Shown: positions 47,567-60,662 of the stretch, piece after piece
Numbering within the stretch: the first letter of the stretch is position 1
How the letters are laid out: each line of letters opens with the position of its first letter
DNA from: Lophium mytilinum
Taxonomy: Eukaryota
Length of the DNA: 64,000 nt
Direction of reading: 5' to 3'
Assembly: GCA_010093605.1 (NCBI GenBank)
Contig: MU004197.1
Span: 496,001-560,000, forward strand
Notes under the pieces: model-generated
Told to the model about the DNA's origin: nothing
Database searches by the model: none
Seen by the model: only the letters and a program-made list of their open reading frames with translations
Program-made: the position numbers and the translations under genes

Positions 47567-49177
47567 GTACTCAACCAGTTCCCAGACTGCCGCTACCTCT
47601 ACGTCTTCTTCCGCTCGCGCACGCTCGGATACGACGTGTACCCTGAAGACCACTTCCTGCGCAACTTCCCATGGCAGAACTACGGCGGTCTTTTCATTGT
47701 GGACGACTCCCGGTTTGCTCGCGCCGAGACTATGAACCCACTCACCGCCGCTGCCCTCCGCCGTCTCACGTCTGAAGGCTCTGCCGTCTCGAGTTTCAAA
47801 GATAGTGGATATGGTTCTGCCAACTCTACCGCTGATACCATGGCGTCCCGTGCCATGGCCCGCATTGCTAGTCTTTCAATTCAAAGCGCAGTCCAGAGCC
47901 GCAGAGTGAGCGCAATGGGCCCTCTCGATGGTGGCATTACGGCTCCTCCCAGCGTCGGTCTCAACGAGGTCGATCCTATGCACAACTACATGAGCATGTA
48001 TGCTGCGGGTAAATCGGCCAGTCTGTTCCCTGCGGCGAGATTCCATCCAGGATATCTCGAGCCTAATAGCCCTACGCCCGATGCGAAGTGCTTCTTTCCT
48101 AGCCCTCAGTCTTCTAATAAGACTGGGTCATCGGCGGCACTGCACGGAACCACCCAGTATGCCAGCAAGAGTAACCTTTTAACAACACAGTACAGCAGCC
48201 CTATGAGCTTTGACAAAAGTGAAACAACCCTCCCTTCTTTCGGCGACCTGATCGGATTCCCTCACAACCGCTTCAGCAACCAAGTCGGAGTCTTGCCTAC
48301 ATTCTTCTCCAACGAGACGACACCAGCATCTCCACCGAAGTCTTCGTCCGACGACCAGAGCCCTCTGAGTCCGCGCACCGCTATGTGGAACGCGAAAACG
48401 CGCCAAGAGGTCTTCCAAGGCCTCACGCACAACCCAACCCGCCACGGCCCCGCGCCGCCATCCCATCTCCAGCCCGGCACCGCGAAACCATACAAACCCC
48501 TACAATTCCTCCTCGGCCAGCCCCATCTCGACCTAGACGCCATCCCCACCGTCTCGCAGACCCGGCAAACCTGGCCCGTCTCACCGCCCCATATCCCACT
48601 ACAACCTTCAACTCTGTATTCCGCTACCACGCCCTCCCCGCCTCGCGTCGCCGACCCAGCCGCGGCCGTAACCCCCACCTACCCTAACCCAGCTTATCCC
48701 TCCACTCCCCCCGGCCAGGGTGCGCAGACCCAGTACCACCTCCCCACCGGCATCGAAACCCTCTCCTCCTCCCCCTTCTCCGGCTCCGACGCCCCGACCC
48801 TCATCTCCTTCACCAGCTTCCGCAGCGCGGACAACGGCCTGCTGGCTGTCGCCCCGCTCAGCGAGGCGCTGGTCGCGGAATACCGGTTCTGGCAGGCGTG
48901 CGGGCGGCGCGCGTGTCCCTTTGGGTGTGCGGGTGGGGAGAAGGGGGAGTGGGAGGCGAAGGGGAGGCTGTTTAGGGATGAGGAGGTTGTGAGGGAGGAG
49001 GTGGTTGTTGAAGAAGAGGAGGCGGGTGAGCAGGGGTTTGATGGAACGAGGGAGTGGGAGAGGGTGAGGGTGGAGTATATGGGCACGGAGATGAGGGGGG
49101 ATCAGACGGGAGCGGGGGAGTGGGAGGCGCGGAGGCTGTTTAGGGGGGGGAGTGAGGCGGGGGGGTTATACGGCTGA
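47567..49177 (+). CDS. Large Pro/Ser-rich exon, probably an alternative C-terminal extension of the C78 peptidase
   Basis: 536 open codons beginning directly after a CAG acceptor (47566), in frame with the GAT|GTATGA donor at 47409. Confidence 0.65.
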   Translation, partial: VLNQFPDCRYLYVFFRSRTLGYDVYPEDHFLRNFPWQNYGGLFIVDDSRFARAETMNPLTAAALRRLTSEGSAVSSFKDSGYGSANSTADTMASRAMARIASLSIQSAVQSRRVSAMGPLDGGITAPPSVGLNEVDPMHNYMSMYAAGKSASLFPAARFHPGYLEPNSPTPDAKCFFPSPQSSNKTGSSAALHGTTQYASKSNLLTTQYSSPMSFDKSETTLPSFGDLIGFPHNRFSNQVGVLPTFFSNETTPASPPKSSSDDQSPLSPRTAMWNAKTRQEVFQGLTHNPTRHGPAPPSHLQPGTAKPYKPLQFLLGQPHLDLDAIPTVSQTRQTWPVSPPHIPLQPSTLYSATTPSPPRVADPAAAVTPTYPNPAYPSTPPGQGAQTQYHLPTGIETLSSSPFSGSDAPTLISFTSFRSADNGLLAVAPLSEALVAEYRFWQACGRRACPFGCAGGEKGEWEAKGRLFRDEEVVREEVVVEEEEAGEQGFDGTREWERVRVEYMGTEMRGDQTGAGEWEARRLFRGGSEAGGLYG

Positions 49178-49539
49178 CGAGTGCCGAGGAGGCGTTTCCT
49201 TTGCGTTTGGTTTAGGGTGGGGGTTTTGGGTTGGTTTCGGTTGGGTAGGGAAAGGTAGCGTGAGGGGTGGGTTCAGTTCATTAGTCTTTTCCTTTTTTTG
49301 AAGGTTTTCGAGGTTGACGGTGAGGGTTGAGGTGATGTGTGGGATTTTAATATCTTACTTCCTGGGTCTTGACTTCGCCGTTCTCGCTGGTAAGCTTTCT
49401 GGGCGTCTTTTCCGATGCCGACAAGTCTGAGCTCTACCTTCATCTCTTCTACTCAAAGCCCACGCGCTGGGCTTGTTCTTTCTTTCTTCACTTAACCGTC
49501 TCTAGCCTTGCCACCGGGAAACAAACGACAGAAACAGCA

Positions 49540-49800
49540 CCGCTCTCAGAAAGCCCGCGCAATCTCCAGTTCGCGACCTGCCACGGCTTCGATCACCGCT
49601 GCGAGGGCGCGTTCCCATGCCATACGTGCATGAATAAAAGTGAAGGGGACAAGTGCCGATGTGACATCTCCAAAGAGCATGAGAAGTTAGCGAGGGGAAG
49701 CGAGCGTACGGTTGCTGAGATGGCAACTGTGGTGCCGCTTCTGAAGAGCTCAGGTTTAGGTCGGACGAGAGTATCAAGGATGCTGGTTTCAATAGAACTG
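49540..49800 (+). pseudogene. Degenerate Zn2Cys6-like/CCCH family remnant
   Basis: RNLQFATC..CEGAFPCHTC..KCRCDISKEHEKLARGS, then after a frameshift AYGC*DGNCGAASEEL; parallels the C-terminus of 13809-15035. Confidence 0.6.
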
Positions 49801-51382
49801 CTACTTGCTAGAAAGGTGAAAGCGGTTGAAAAGGTGAAGGGTAAAAAGCGCGTCAAGCGGGATGGCTATGAGATGAGGAAGGCTGCCGAAGATGTTGAGA
49901 AGAGGGCTAATGATGAGGCGACGGATGTGGATAAGCTGGCTTCGCGGAAGCAGAGGAAGGGGGATGCGTTCAAATTGGCGGGGATAAGGGGCTTTGGCGC
50001 TATGTAGGCACGGAACGACTTTTAAAGTTATGGACACGGATCGGTTGCTGGAGAGCTTTACGGGCATGTGCGTGGAAGCAACCGCCTTTGGAGGATTCCT
50101 GTTATAGAGGGGTTCCTGATACGGAAGAGTCTTAGCTTAGCGATGTGGCGTGGTCTCGGGAAGCTCTACTAGCCGTGATATCGGCGACAATTTCCTTCCA
50201 TTCTGCGTCAACTACCCTGGCGAAGCTGGCAAAAGCTACAACGTTGCTGTGCCAGTGTATGGGCACTTGACGATATTGTTTTACACTAAGCGTTAGAGAG
50301 TCTTTGACAGATCTACCTTTCCGGGCCTAACGATGGAGACATTGGAAGATCTGTTCCACGCTCCAATGATGGGCATGCACATGCACGTAGAGCACTCAAG
50401 CCTCCATAGTGGGGGATCCGGAATACTTAATCTAGATGAGCGAAATGGACATCATTGCCGCCGAAAACAACTGCATACAAGATTGACCGGTGCCATCCTG
50501 GCCCCTGCCGCAATGACCTAGATGCTGGTACGGCTTGACTGCGTTAGACTATACATCCCCAAGCGCCAGGTCTGTTAAGTGATGTCTCGTGGTATCACGA
50601 TCTATCACGAGGAGTCCGGCTGCGCGCCTTCGAATCAAACTTTCTATGTACATACCAGCGGTGCGTCAATGGTTGATATAAGTATGTCATAATGATAATG
50701 CATAGGTTCACCACTAAGCGCGGATGGCGTCCATCAGCTCCAGTCGTCGCTATACCCCTCCAGCTCTTATGAAGAACGCACATCATCACTGGTCACTGAC
50801 GGTAATCTGCATCATATCGTGGGCGCACAACACCTCCCAACCATATATCCACCCAGTCTCCGTTTTGAACCACCACACCATGGAAACGCCTTCATCTCTT
50901 TTGACCCCGTGCCACCAAATCCTCCAGTCCCACAAAACCATGGGGAGAAACTTAGCTCGATATCTTGAACCCCACAGAGGTGCGGTGTTCGCTGCGCTGA
51001 TTGCAGCCGGGGGAGTCAGAGGAGAGGTTCATATACCCGGTTGATGGGGGTGGCACGTGGGCGGCACGGGGTGAACGTGATGGAATGGGAGGGGTCACGT
51101 TGGTTAGCCTTCATAGGTTTGTGCGGCATTGTTTGTCCGTAGAACTGGTGGAGGTATCACGACCCGTGTTGAGATGTCTGGGGTAAGGCTGACTTGATCG
51201 CCCTGCCCAAAACCTAAGCATCAGTAGAGCAGCCCCCAATATCAATATGGTCCTGTGAGCGCGTGCAGTGCACTTTCGAATTGCGAAGAGTTGCTCATTC
51301 GTCTTTTCAATCCTACCAATCATTGGTACAAGCTAAATCGGGGGTATATATACCTACTCCATCTCCGCCTTCAGCTCTCTGA

Positions 51383-53347
51383 CTACGGAGCCGGCACGCT
51401 CGAACTCAGCGTAGCGACCGTCGAGCTCGCAGCAGCAGACGACGTAGCAGCCGATGCCACCACCCCCTTAAGCGCCACATCATCCAGCCACAGCCCCAGG
51501 AGATCACCCGGCGTAATCCCAACGCACGACAGCCGCATACTGAAATCAACCGTGCTGCTACTAAACTGCACGCCCGTCGCCGTCGTCTCAACCCAAACAT
51601 TCGCAGCAGCGCTCGCAGGCCTCCCGAGTGCCGTCCGCGCAAACTCGACCCCGTCCCCGAAGAAAACTAGCTGGCACGGGACGCCAGTGTTGGACGTGCG
51701 GTATTTGGGCCGTGCCCAGGCGCTGAAATCGTAGAGCATGTCCGGACACACGCTGATGGTCTGGTCGACCCAGATCCAGTCGCCGGGGCTGCCGGCGGAG
51801 TACACTGCTTCGTTTAGGCCGCTGTGCTGGGGCAGGGCGGAGTTAGCGCCCGAGTTTGTGGAGAAGCTGCCGTAGCCGGAGATGTGCCAGTGGTCGAGGT
51901 AGTCTTCGAAACCGCCGTTTAGGATGGGTGAGGTTGCTGTGCACGCGGGAGCTGTTGTTGGAGTGGTAGGAGAAGCGGCGGTTGGCGACGAGTCGCTTGT
52001 TAAAGACTCAGTAGTTGATGCAACCTCGGATGTTGTGCTGGATTCGGGTGTGCTACTTGTTTCGGATTCGACAGTGGACGTAGGAGAAGCCGATTCGGGC
52101 TCCGTGGAGCTGCCGGACGAGGAGGCGCTACTTGTTTGAGAATCTGCAGAAGATGTCGAAGAAATCGACCCAGATTCAATAAGGCTGCTAGACAAGGAGC
52201 TTGCGATGGTTGAGGTAGTCTGGCTAGCTTCGGGAATACTAATCGTAGATGATGGTACAGTTGTAAAGACTTTGGACTCTGAAGCGGTGCTTGATTGCAA
52301 TGCGGATGTTGAAGACGACGAGATGAACCCAGAAGTCGTGCTTGAGAGAACGACGCTAGGCGAAGAGCGGGATGAGCTCATGTAAGCCCGAGTTGAAGCA
52401 GTCGATTGAGAAGAGCGAGACGTGGAAGTGCGAGCTGTTGACCGCATGGACGAACCCGATACAGGCTTCGAAGCACTTGAGGACTTGCATGGGGCTGACG
52501 AGCTGGATTTGGCGGTTGTGCTGGAAACTTTCTTGGTTAGGGAGGAGCTACATATAGTGCTGGAGACGACCTTGGAGCTGGATTTAATGCTAGACTTCGC
52601 GCTGGATATTGGCTCTGGTTTCGGTGCCTTCTTGGTATATCCTAAAAGCTGTTAGGCAACATCAGGGCGTCTAAATCGGTGAGCGCCTACCATTCGACCC
52701 GGTGATGACGATGTGGAAGCCTTGCACCCAGTGGCCCTTGTCCTTGACCTGACTAGCACAGACCTGTGTGAAGAAAGCATCAGTAAGACGGAACGGTGCC
52801 ACACTCGGTATTGACGTCTTTACGTACGGGAGCTCCCCAAAGTGTACATTTATAGTTCGTGGTCGAGGGGGGGTTGGGACATTTAGAAGCCTTTGGTTCT
52901 AGGGAGGGATCTCTTTCAATAAAGCTAGAACCTTGTTAGGAAACGTATATAGCTAGCATTGCGATTACGCACATATTGAAACCTTCGCAACCCTTCATAG
53001 CATTACACAGCGAGGCACAATTTCCAGCGCTATAGCTGGTCAAGATGTGGGAGCCAAGGTAACGAGAGGCCGACACAGAGCCTTTCTCTGCCCGGAACAC
53101 TCGAGAATATCCAACTGGAGTATGCGCAGAGGAAGATAATGCCTGAAGATAGATAAGCAGTGGTTCTAGAGAAGGGCTTAGAGAGTGCGCTTGCCTTAAG
53201 CGCGGAAAGAGCATAAAAGTCGCCCACGGTATCATGTCTAGGTTTTGGCCCATGACCGGCCGGAAGAGCTTTACATGCTGTATCATAAGACGTAGGGATC
53301 GCAGAAACAAGACTCGCAATAGCAGATACCCAAATGAGGGTCAGCAT
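51383..53347 (-). CDS. Secreted Ser/Thr-rich glycoprotein with a Cys-rich N-terminal module and a C-terminal galactose-binding-like/CBM module
   Basis: Signal peptide MLTLIWVSAIASLVSA; CASLCNAMKGCEGFN..ERDPSL; long S/T linker; ILNGGFED..W..LWLDDVAL. Exon structure approximate. Confidence 0.7.
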
Positions 53348-54089
53348 CGTCACGGCAGAATTAATAGAAATGACGAGGTGCTCGGGTAAAACGAGTGTCG
53401 GCAGACAGAACCAAATCAACGAGTGGATGCGCTCTATTGAAAAAACGCGACAGAGTGAGGTTGAAGGCAGAATTCCGCAAAGTGCAAAGATGGGCGGCAA
53501 GCATCTGATCATATGTCAAAGCTCGATCTCATCCGCAGCCAGCCACGAGGTCGGGGCAGAGCCCAGCACGGCGTCGCCGCGGCTCCAAGGGGCACCAAGC
53601 CTGAATTGGGTTGAAGGGGATCCGAAAGCGGTATAGTATTGATCTAGACGGGAGCATTTCTGTCCGAGCTTCTCTTGGTGTTTAGCGATGTGTTTGTGAG
53701 ATTCAGACGCGTGCCCAGGCCTGAGTGGCATGCTTGTCGCGAAGCTGTCGAGTCATCGTCAAGTGCAAGACAACTTTAGTGTGATACAGTTGCATTATTT
53801 GGAGCTAAAGCTGTTCTTCAAGATCAGAGAAAATGAAGGCGTTACACAGCGTCGACGTTGATGTTTTGAGAGAGGGGCGCTTGGCATTATTAGAGAGGCT
53901 CTAGTGCACGACGCCACAAAGCCACGTCGCTTATCCTTTCTGCTTTGTCGAGCCACTACCTAGGTAGATCTAGCGTCAGGGGAACAGCGTGGCGGTCCAG
54001 ACCAGCGCTATTCTTGGCTGGATGAAAAGTCTCACTACGGCTGCACACACCCTGGAGAGCGAATCCAGCCAGCACAAGAGCAGTCCTTT

Positions 54090-54200
54090 GACGTACGATT
54101 CGACTAGTCGAGCCTCACCAGGACCAAAAGGGCGGCGTTACCATGTCCATCGCTCCGTGCTCTGTCAAAAAGCTTCGAGAAGGTGATCTTTAGGAGCAGC
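54090..54200 (+). pseudogene. Possible BTB/POZ-domain remnant
   Basis: GPKGRRYHVHRSVLCQKAS resembles the start of fungal BTB domains; no continuing ORF. Confidence 0.3.
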
Positions 54201-54713
54201 AGACCTCTCCATCGTCCAGTATTCAAGTGTTCGACGTCGGGGGTTCGTAAGAGGTGTGTTAAACGCAGCGGCGAGAATATCAGGTCAATCTTCATCACAC
54301 GATCGCGATAACAGTCCTCGTTTGGCATGTCCCTGCCGGCAAATTTGTGCCGTGAAACAATACGATTCTCTCAAACGCGCGCTTTTCATTCTCTGGACGC
54401 AGCCAAACGAGGAACGTCTTCAGGGTGACGTGTTGCTGGTCTTTCGGAAGATCATTTTGCCATTGCATCTTCATCATTTCATCCGTTGAGTATTCTTCTC
54501 CAAAGCAGAGCAGAGTGTTACAGGATTGGGGTCATTGTCCAGATCGAACCTGCCGTAAAACAATAACGAACATATTCATTTCAACGTCAATGGCTAACGG
54601 AAAAACGAGAGACTTTGGCGACAGCCTGTAGTAGATCGAAATACGTGACGACCGAAAAAGTAAGCAGTCCCGAAAGAAGGCCAACGCGCTACCACTTACA
54701 TGAGCACACTCAA

Positions 54714-57711
54714 TTATGTCTGTAAGCTTTCCAGTGTTAGATAGCAATCCTGCAAGTTATCCCGTTTGCGCTGCACAGCATCCCATTGCCTGCGCCGTTC
54801 ATCATGTTTCGGATCGTGCGTGACTTTATCGAACAGCTTCGCGTCTCGGATCCAGTCAGGGCTGAATTCCTCGTCAAGGGAGCGGAGCAGGTGGCGCTCC
54901 ACGACTTGGATGACGACGTTGTCAATGTAGCGATCGCGTGCAATCTGCCGTCAAAGAGATTAATACAACATGCCCTGGAGTAAAAGCCAGAGGAGCGGGC
55001 CATGGAAATACCAACCCTGTAATAAATCAGCATCTCCCGCATCATTTGCACCGCAGCTTCCTGTCGCTTCCCTTCTGGATCTCCAAGCCCAATCACCTTC
55101 GCCATTTGCTCATTGCTTTGCGGCGGAAACACTTTCTGGGCCTCAGCATCCTTGATCCTCTTCGCAAGCCTAACAGCGAATTTCTCCGAGGATTGCTGTA
55201 GAAACATCAAGTTCTCCGTAACGAGATCACACGTGCGATCTACTTCAAGCGCTGCCAGCTCAGCAGCTGCGTTTTTGATTCGTTCTTGTAGTCGCTTTTC
55301 CAAGACATGCTTTCAAAAATTCGTCGCGATATCAGGGAAGTCTTTACCCAGCTTTCGGTTGACGACTAGGAGTAAGAAATCTCTGCAATGCCTGTTCGCT
55401 AGCTTTAAATATTCGCGGGATAGCTCCACCCAGGGCTTGGAGTAGTGATGGAACAGTTTGGTCGTACGCTCTGGATCGAAATTCCCTGGTAATTCCGTTC
55501 CCACAGTCTCTTTCAGAAAGCGATGAAAGAAGTCTGCCCACGCAAAATTATCCGGCGGTTCCTCGTCAGGCGCGACTTTGTACTCTGATCTGTGCCCTTT
55601 TGCCTTCATCTGCGCATCGAAAGCAGCATTCCCGTCCCGAATACGAGAACGAAGGTAACGGGACGATTTTTCGTCTTCCCCTATGCCGAAGAAAGAGGGA
55701 TCGAGGCGATAGGTACCGAGGACGGCCTGGGATGTGGTTTTTGATATTTCGAGAAAGCGTTTCGAGAGAATACTGGCAAGCTTGGATGGATCGAGTAGGC
55801 CCAGCCCTAGGTGTTCCAGTTGAGCATCATAGTTTGCGAGCCTCGTTTCGATATCGGTACGGACGCTGTCGATTTGGTCAAGCGTATGTTTATATAGAAG
55901 TGTGCCAAGACGGGGGACTAGATTTCTCACGCCCCACTGATCGGTCTGGTATAACGCATGCCAGTTGTTTGTCTTGCCTGCGTTTTCGCCACTATCTTCA
56001 GACCAGACCTCGTCGCGGAAAAAGTTCTCTTCATTTGCGTCGCGCTCTGCAGATGAGGTTCCGGCCTGTGTTTTTTGATTGCTGCGATTGACGAGAACGT
56101 GACACCCTTTTCCGAACTTGAAAAAAGCGTCGTCGGACTGTCGGGCGAGCTTAAACCAGTCTGCCTCACTCTTTCCTCCAGCGTCGATGCGGTCAGGTTT
56201 GGTGATAACCCCAAAGGTGCGTCGGCCTTCTGGATCCACTCGGCGCGCCTTTTCGAGGATACCATGATCCTTTTAGATTGTTAGCTTAGCCAAAAGGGTC
56301 CTAACCTGGCAGGATTTACCTGAAAGTCAACATTTGAATTAACTACCGGCAGTATTACAGACATTTCATCCCTTATGTACTTGTCTGTAATTGACTCTAC
56401 GATGCGGATATCGTCTGCATTTCCTTGCACTGCTTTACCAGGGTTCACAGGAATCAGTCCTGGCAAATCCACAAGCGTGAGGCGAGGGCATCTCGGACCC
56501 CGAATCTCAACACAGAGCACGTCTCCAGCAAAGCGTGGTTGGTTCATGGAACTGCTGTCGTTGAAACCCATTGCATCGGATGCAAGTTTGACAAGTCTGT
56601 CGAAATTATGAGGACCCGATGTGCCTCTGAATCGTTTAAGAACTGTCTGTTCACTTTCAGTACGTGAAACATCCGGAGATATCTTGGCTGTGATAGCAAT
56701 CTTTACTAGCGTGTGATCGGTGATCAAACGAATCCTATAGACCTTGATTAGTACCATGTTCGTGGACACATGCTGATATTGCAAGCTGCTTTACGCAACG
56801 ACACTCCGTATGAAGGATGCTTTGGGGTAATTTGTGGAGTAGACAATCGGTACTCCTTGTTCAACACCACAGTCATATACTTATTCTAGCTGTATTTACT
56901 CGGTCACAAATCGCGTACATGTGCCATCGCCACGTGGGAAGGAGACGTGAGTAATAGCTTCCATTACCGAGCTTTTTCCGGAGGACTGCTTTCCACAGAC
57001 CACTAGTTGAGGTAGCTTGAGCTCTTTCCGGAGGTCGTGATCTCGGATCGCGTCGACAACGTCAAGAAACTGTATCTCCCTAGGATCTTGGAATGACCAG
57101 AGGCCAATAACATCTTCCCATTCATCAGGCTCGGTCCCCTCCGAATTCAAAGGACGAGACTCGTGCGCGGTGAGTTCGACGGGTCTTGAAGCGGGTTGAC
57201 TTGGAGTTGCAGGTGACTTGGGGGAGTTGATCGTCGGTGCGGGACTTGGAAGACAATTCCTAGATGTACTCGGCATCTTTTCTGCGTCGGGAGTCCTACT
57301 TCCAGGGGTAAGGGCAGGGCTGGGCGGCCGATGGAGGGAAGTCATATCCGCAGTATTTTCTCTTCGGGGCTGCGAAGCCGGATTTGATAGTGCAGATTCG
57401 GGATGGTAATGTAGAATCTCCTGTCGAACGTCACTATCGTTAGGATAGTCCGTCCTTTGGGGCCTGGAAATCGAGGAAGATGCTGCGGTGGACGAAGATT
57501 GATGACGCCTGTTATCGGAAATATCTTCGATCGGGAAAGATGGTGCTTCTCGAACTATTTGTTGTGGTGGGATGGAAGCTTGCCTTGCAGGTGGTTCCAC
57601 CCAGTTGCCTGGGGCCTGACTACTGGCCGACGCTGAATAGGGGGGTATGGTGAGATGATCGTAGTACTGGTCACGTGACTTTCGATGTTTTTTGCCCAGC
57701 AATGCGCTCAT
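54714..57711 (-). pseudogene. Dynamin/Mx-like GTPase with one in-frame TGA (55313-55315)
   Basis: G1 LPQLVVCGKQSSGKSS, G2 TCTRF, G3 LVDLPG, G4 TKPD and GED YIDNVVIQVVERHLL. Three introns. The frame continues after the stop (TNF*KHVLEK). Confidence 0.8.
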
Positions 57712-58983
57712 GATGTGCGAGTGAGAATGGATATGTTAGTTGTATTGAGAAATGAGAGACTGAGAATGTACTGGAGTGTGGTATAAATCATGTTTCGCGC
57801 GCGCACTGCTTTCGTAGGCAGCATTTAGCAGGCTGAGATTTGCCTTCTTGTAAGCCTCATGCCGATATTGCCATGCATACCTTTATTGAATATGTTCTTT
57901 CAGCTACGCCATGAGTGCCCAGGATGCGCCACGATGGTGCGCGAACTGATTTGCCTTTCACATGGTAACAGACTTTTCAGCCTTGCCTATGAAACTGGGT
58001 GGAGAGCGCTTGGCAGCCTTGTCAAGACCTCGTATACGGCAGGCTGATGGCAAAAAGAGGAAAGAGTACGGTGACGTGTTCGACGAGCGCATTACCGCAT
58101 ACAACTGTGTGGAAAGTCTCGCTTCGCCACGATACGAAGATGACCATCGAGCTGAGAACGAAGAGCCGTGTAAACAGGAGGAGCCCCGTTATAACGTTCT
58201 AGCGCTTGCTGCAACTAACAATCTTTGTCAATCGCTTGATGCCTTGGACGCTTTTGCGAGGTGCTCCCATGGCGCTTGAAGTGCAATGATGAGGGTGACG
58301 CTATTCGGAGTCGGTTGCGTTGCGGAAACGGAAGGTCGTGGACGTAATTTGGAAGGTTAACTTCTCAAGCTAGGAGCTACGGCAACACTACGATCCCGAT
58401 TTATAGACCACAGACGAGAGTTGAGATGAAAATTGCTGGAATCGTGGATATAAGAAGATGAAGAAGGGCAGTAGCCTGGGAGGTTGGGACGGAAGGCACC
58501 GTGCCAAGACGGGGCCGGAAATACCCACCAACCCGCATGCTCGGGTGGGCTGCTTCACGCCGTCTCCCCTTGATCATCTCGCTACGTTTGAGCTCTCGAA
58601 ATCAGTCTCCCAACCCCCGCAGGCCCCATCAAAACCGTGTCAGGACGCGCACAAGATGCTATATTCGAGTCCTTACCGACTGTGGCGTCAACCGGACGTT
58701 CTCGTCCGCGGCGGGGCCGTTGTTTGAGGCTTCCTTAATCTCCTGTACGCGACCTAATCATGATAGAATCTCCGATGTGCAATTATCCGATAAGTGTGGA
58801 AATAGCTTTAGTAGCGGAGTTCCCTTTCTTTCGTTCTTCGCCTCTCGCACTCTCTTCACATTCGTTCGTAGACATTGTTCAGAGTCTCTGACTCCATTAC
58901 ATTCATTTTTTCACGCATTCGCTTCATCTTCTACATACCGTCCCTCGATATTTGTGCTCAACGAATCTGCCGGATCAGACGTG

Positions 58984-60246
58984 ATGAAGTCTTCACTGAT
59001 CGCCCTCGCTGCAAGTTTCAGCCTTGCATTTGCCCAAGACAGTTTCTGCGCTGGAAATGCCGTCACTGTTACTGTTACTCCCACTAAAACGATAACTTGC
59101 GGGGGTACTATCTACACGACAACGACTCTAAAAGCAACTACTGTTACAATTCAGCCGTCAGAAGGTTTCCAATCGATTGCGACTATTGCTTCAACCCTTT
59201 ATCTCACGCCATCCCCGATCGCCGAGCTTCCATCGTCGTCTGTCCTTGAGGCCGCAAGCAGCGCCAGCCCTCTGATATCCTATAAAGCATCGTCTGCCGG
59301 AACGCCCACCACACTCTCATTCGTATATGCCTCCACAGCAGTGACAGGGCTTGCTGGCAAGAAAGAAGCGGCACATGCATCTGTGTCAACCCCAGCGTCT
59401 TCTTTCATCAAGGCTTCCTCGTCTGCCATCAAGGCTTCCTCAGTGAAGGCTTCCTCTTCCGCCGTTGCAGCCGCTACGCCCTCTTCGAGCAGCGCCAACG
59501 CTTTGAGCGGGAGCAACGCCGGCCAGGCAACATACTACGGAGATGGTAGCATCTCAGGCGGCATGTGCTCCTTTACCACATACACTCTTCCTTCCGGCAT
59601 TTTCGGAACTGCCCTCTCCGACTCGAACTGGGATACAGCCGGCAACTGCGGTGCCTGTATATCTGTGACTGGACCAAGCGGTAACTCGATAAAAGCGATG
59701 GTGAGTATCTCTTCTCGTATCCTGACGTTACTCGGTCTCGTATGGAATGTGTGCTGACATGCTTGGCGAACAGATCGTAGACCAATGTCCAGGATGCGGC
59801 CTCAACCACCTCGATCTCTTCCCCGATGCTTTCTCCGCCCTAGCCAACCCGACTAAGGGTGTCATTGATGTATCATGGACCGTTGTCCCTTGTGACATCA
59901 CATCTCCTATTAGCCTCCACAACAAAGACGGAGTCTCTGCCTACTGGTAAGCTGTCTTTATTATCTAGTTAGCTCAACTTACATATGCTGATGTATAAAC
60001 AGGTTCTCAATGCAAGTCGTCAATGCGAACGTTCCCGTTGAATCCCTCGAAGTCTCTACCGATAGCTCCGTCACGTGGCAGGCCACTGAGCGCCAAGACT
60101 ACAACTTCTTCCAACAGGCGAGCGGATTCGGCACCACCTCCGTCGATGTTCGCATCACTAGCACCACGGGCGAAAAGATCATTGTCAAGGGTGTTCAGAT
60201 AGCGAGCGGGGCGAGCACTGAGGCGAGCTCCAACTTCTCTGCTTGA
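58984..60246 (+). CDS. Expansin-like protein (DPBB + CBM63) with signal peptide and S/T/A linker
   Basis: MKSSLIALAASFSLAFA; ATYY..GGMCSF; CGACISVTG; IVDQCPGC..HLDL; YWFSMQVVNAN; RQDYNFF. Two introns. Confidence 0.9.
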
Positions 60247-60662
60247 GCGTAGGGCCTACGCAAGAGAATGGCTGGGAGTATTGAGTATAGTGTGTTTTGG
60301 CTATGAGAGCATGTCAGGGTAATTTCTTTCATTCGTGGAACCAGGGGCTTCCAGAAAATATTGCTTTTCCATTCTCATGTAAATATATATCTATTGGTCC
60401 AAGCCCGAATTCTTTAGAGGGCGCAAAGCTGTGCCTCCAGATTCTAAGCTAGCATTCGCTAATTATGGTTCAGTATTTGATTGGCTTTGGCCACGATATC
60501 CGTGAGAATTACCCAATTATACCAAGAATACCTTGCGGCCTAATTGACCGTAGATGGATTATGCCTGCTAGCCAACGACTTTCTATCCCCCGACGCCCGA
60601 ATGAGCCGTAGGAAAAGGCAAATTAGCACCCCCAAGGAGAAGCAAAACCACCTCTAAGTTCC

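Noticed and set aside
57962..58279. 105-aa ORF between the dynamin and expansin genes
   Set aside because: No recognisable motif; probably spurious.
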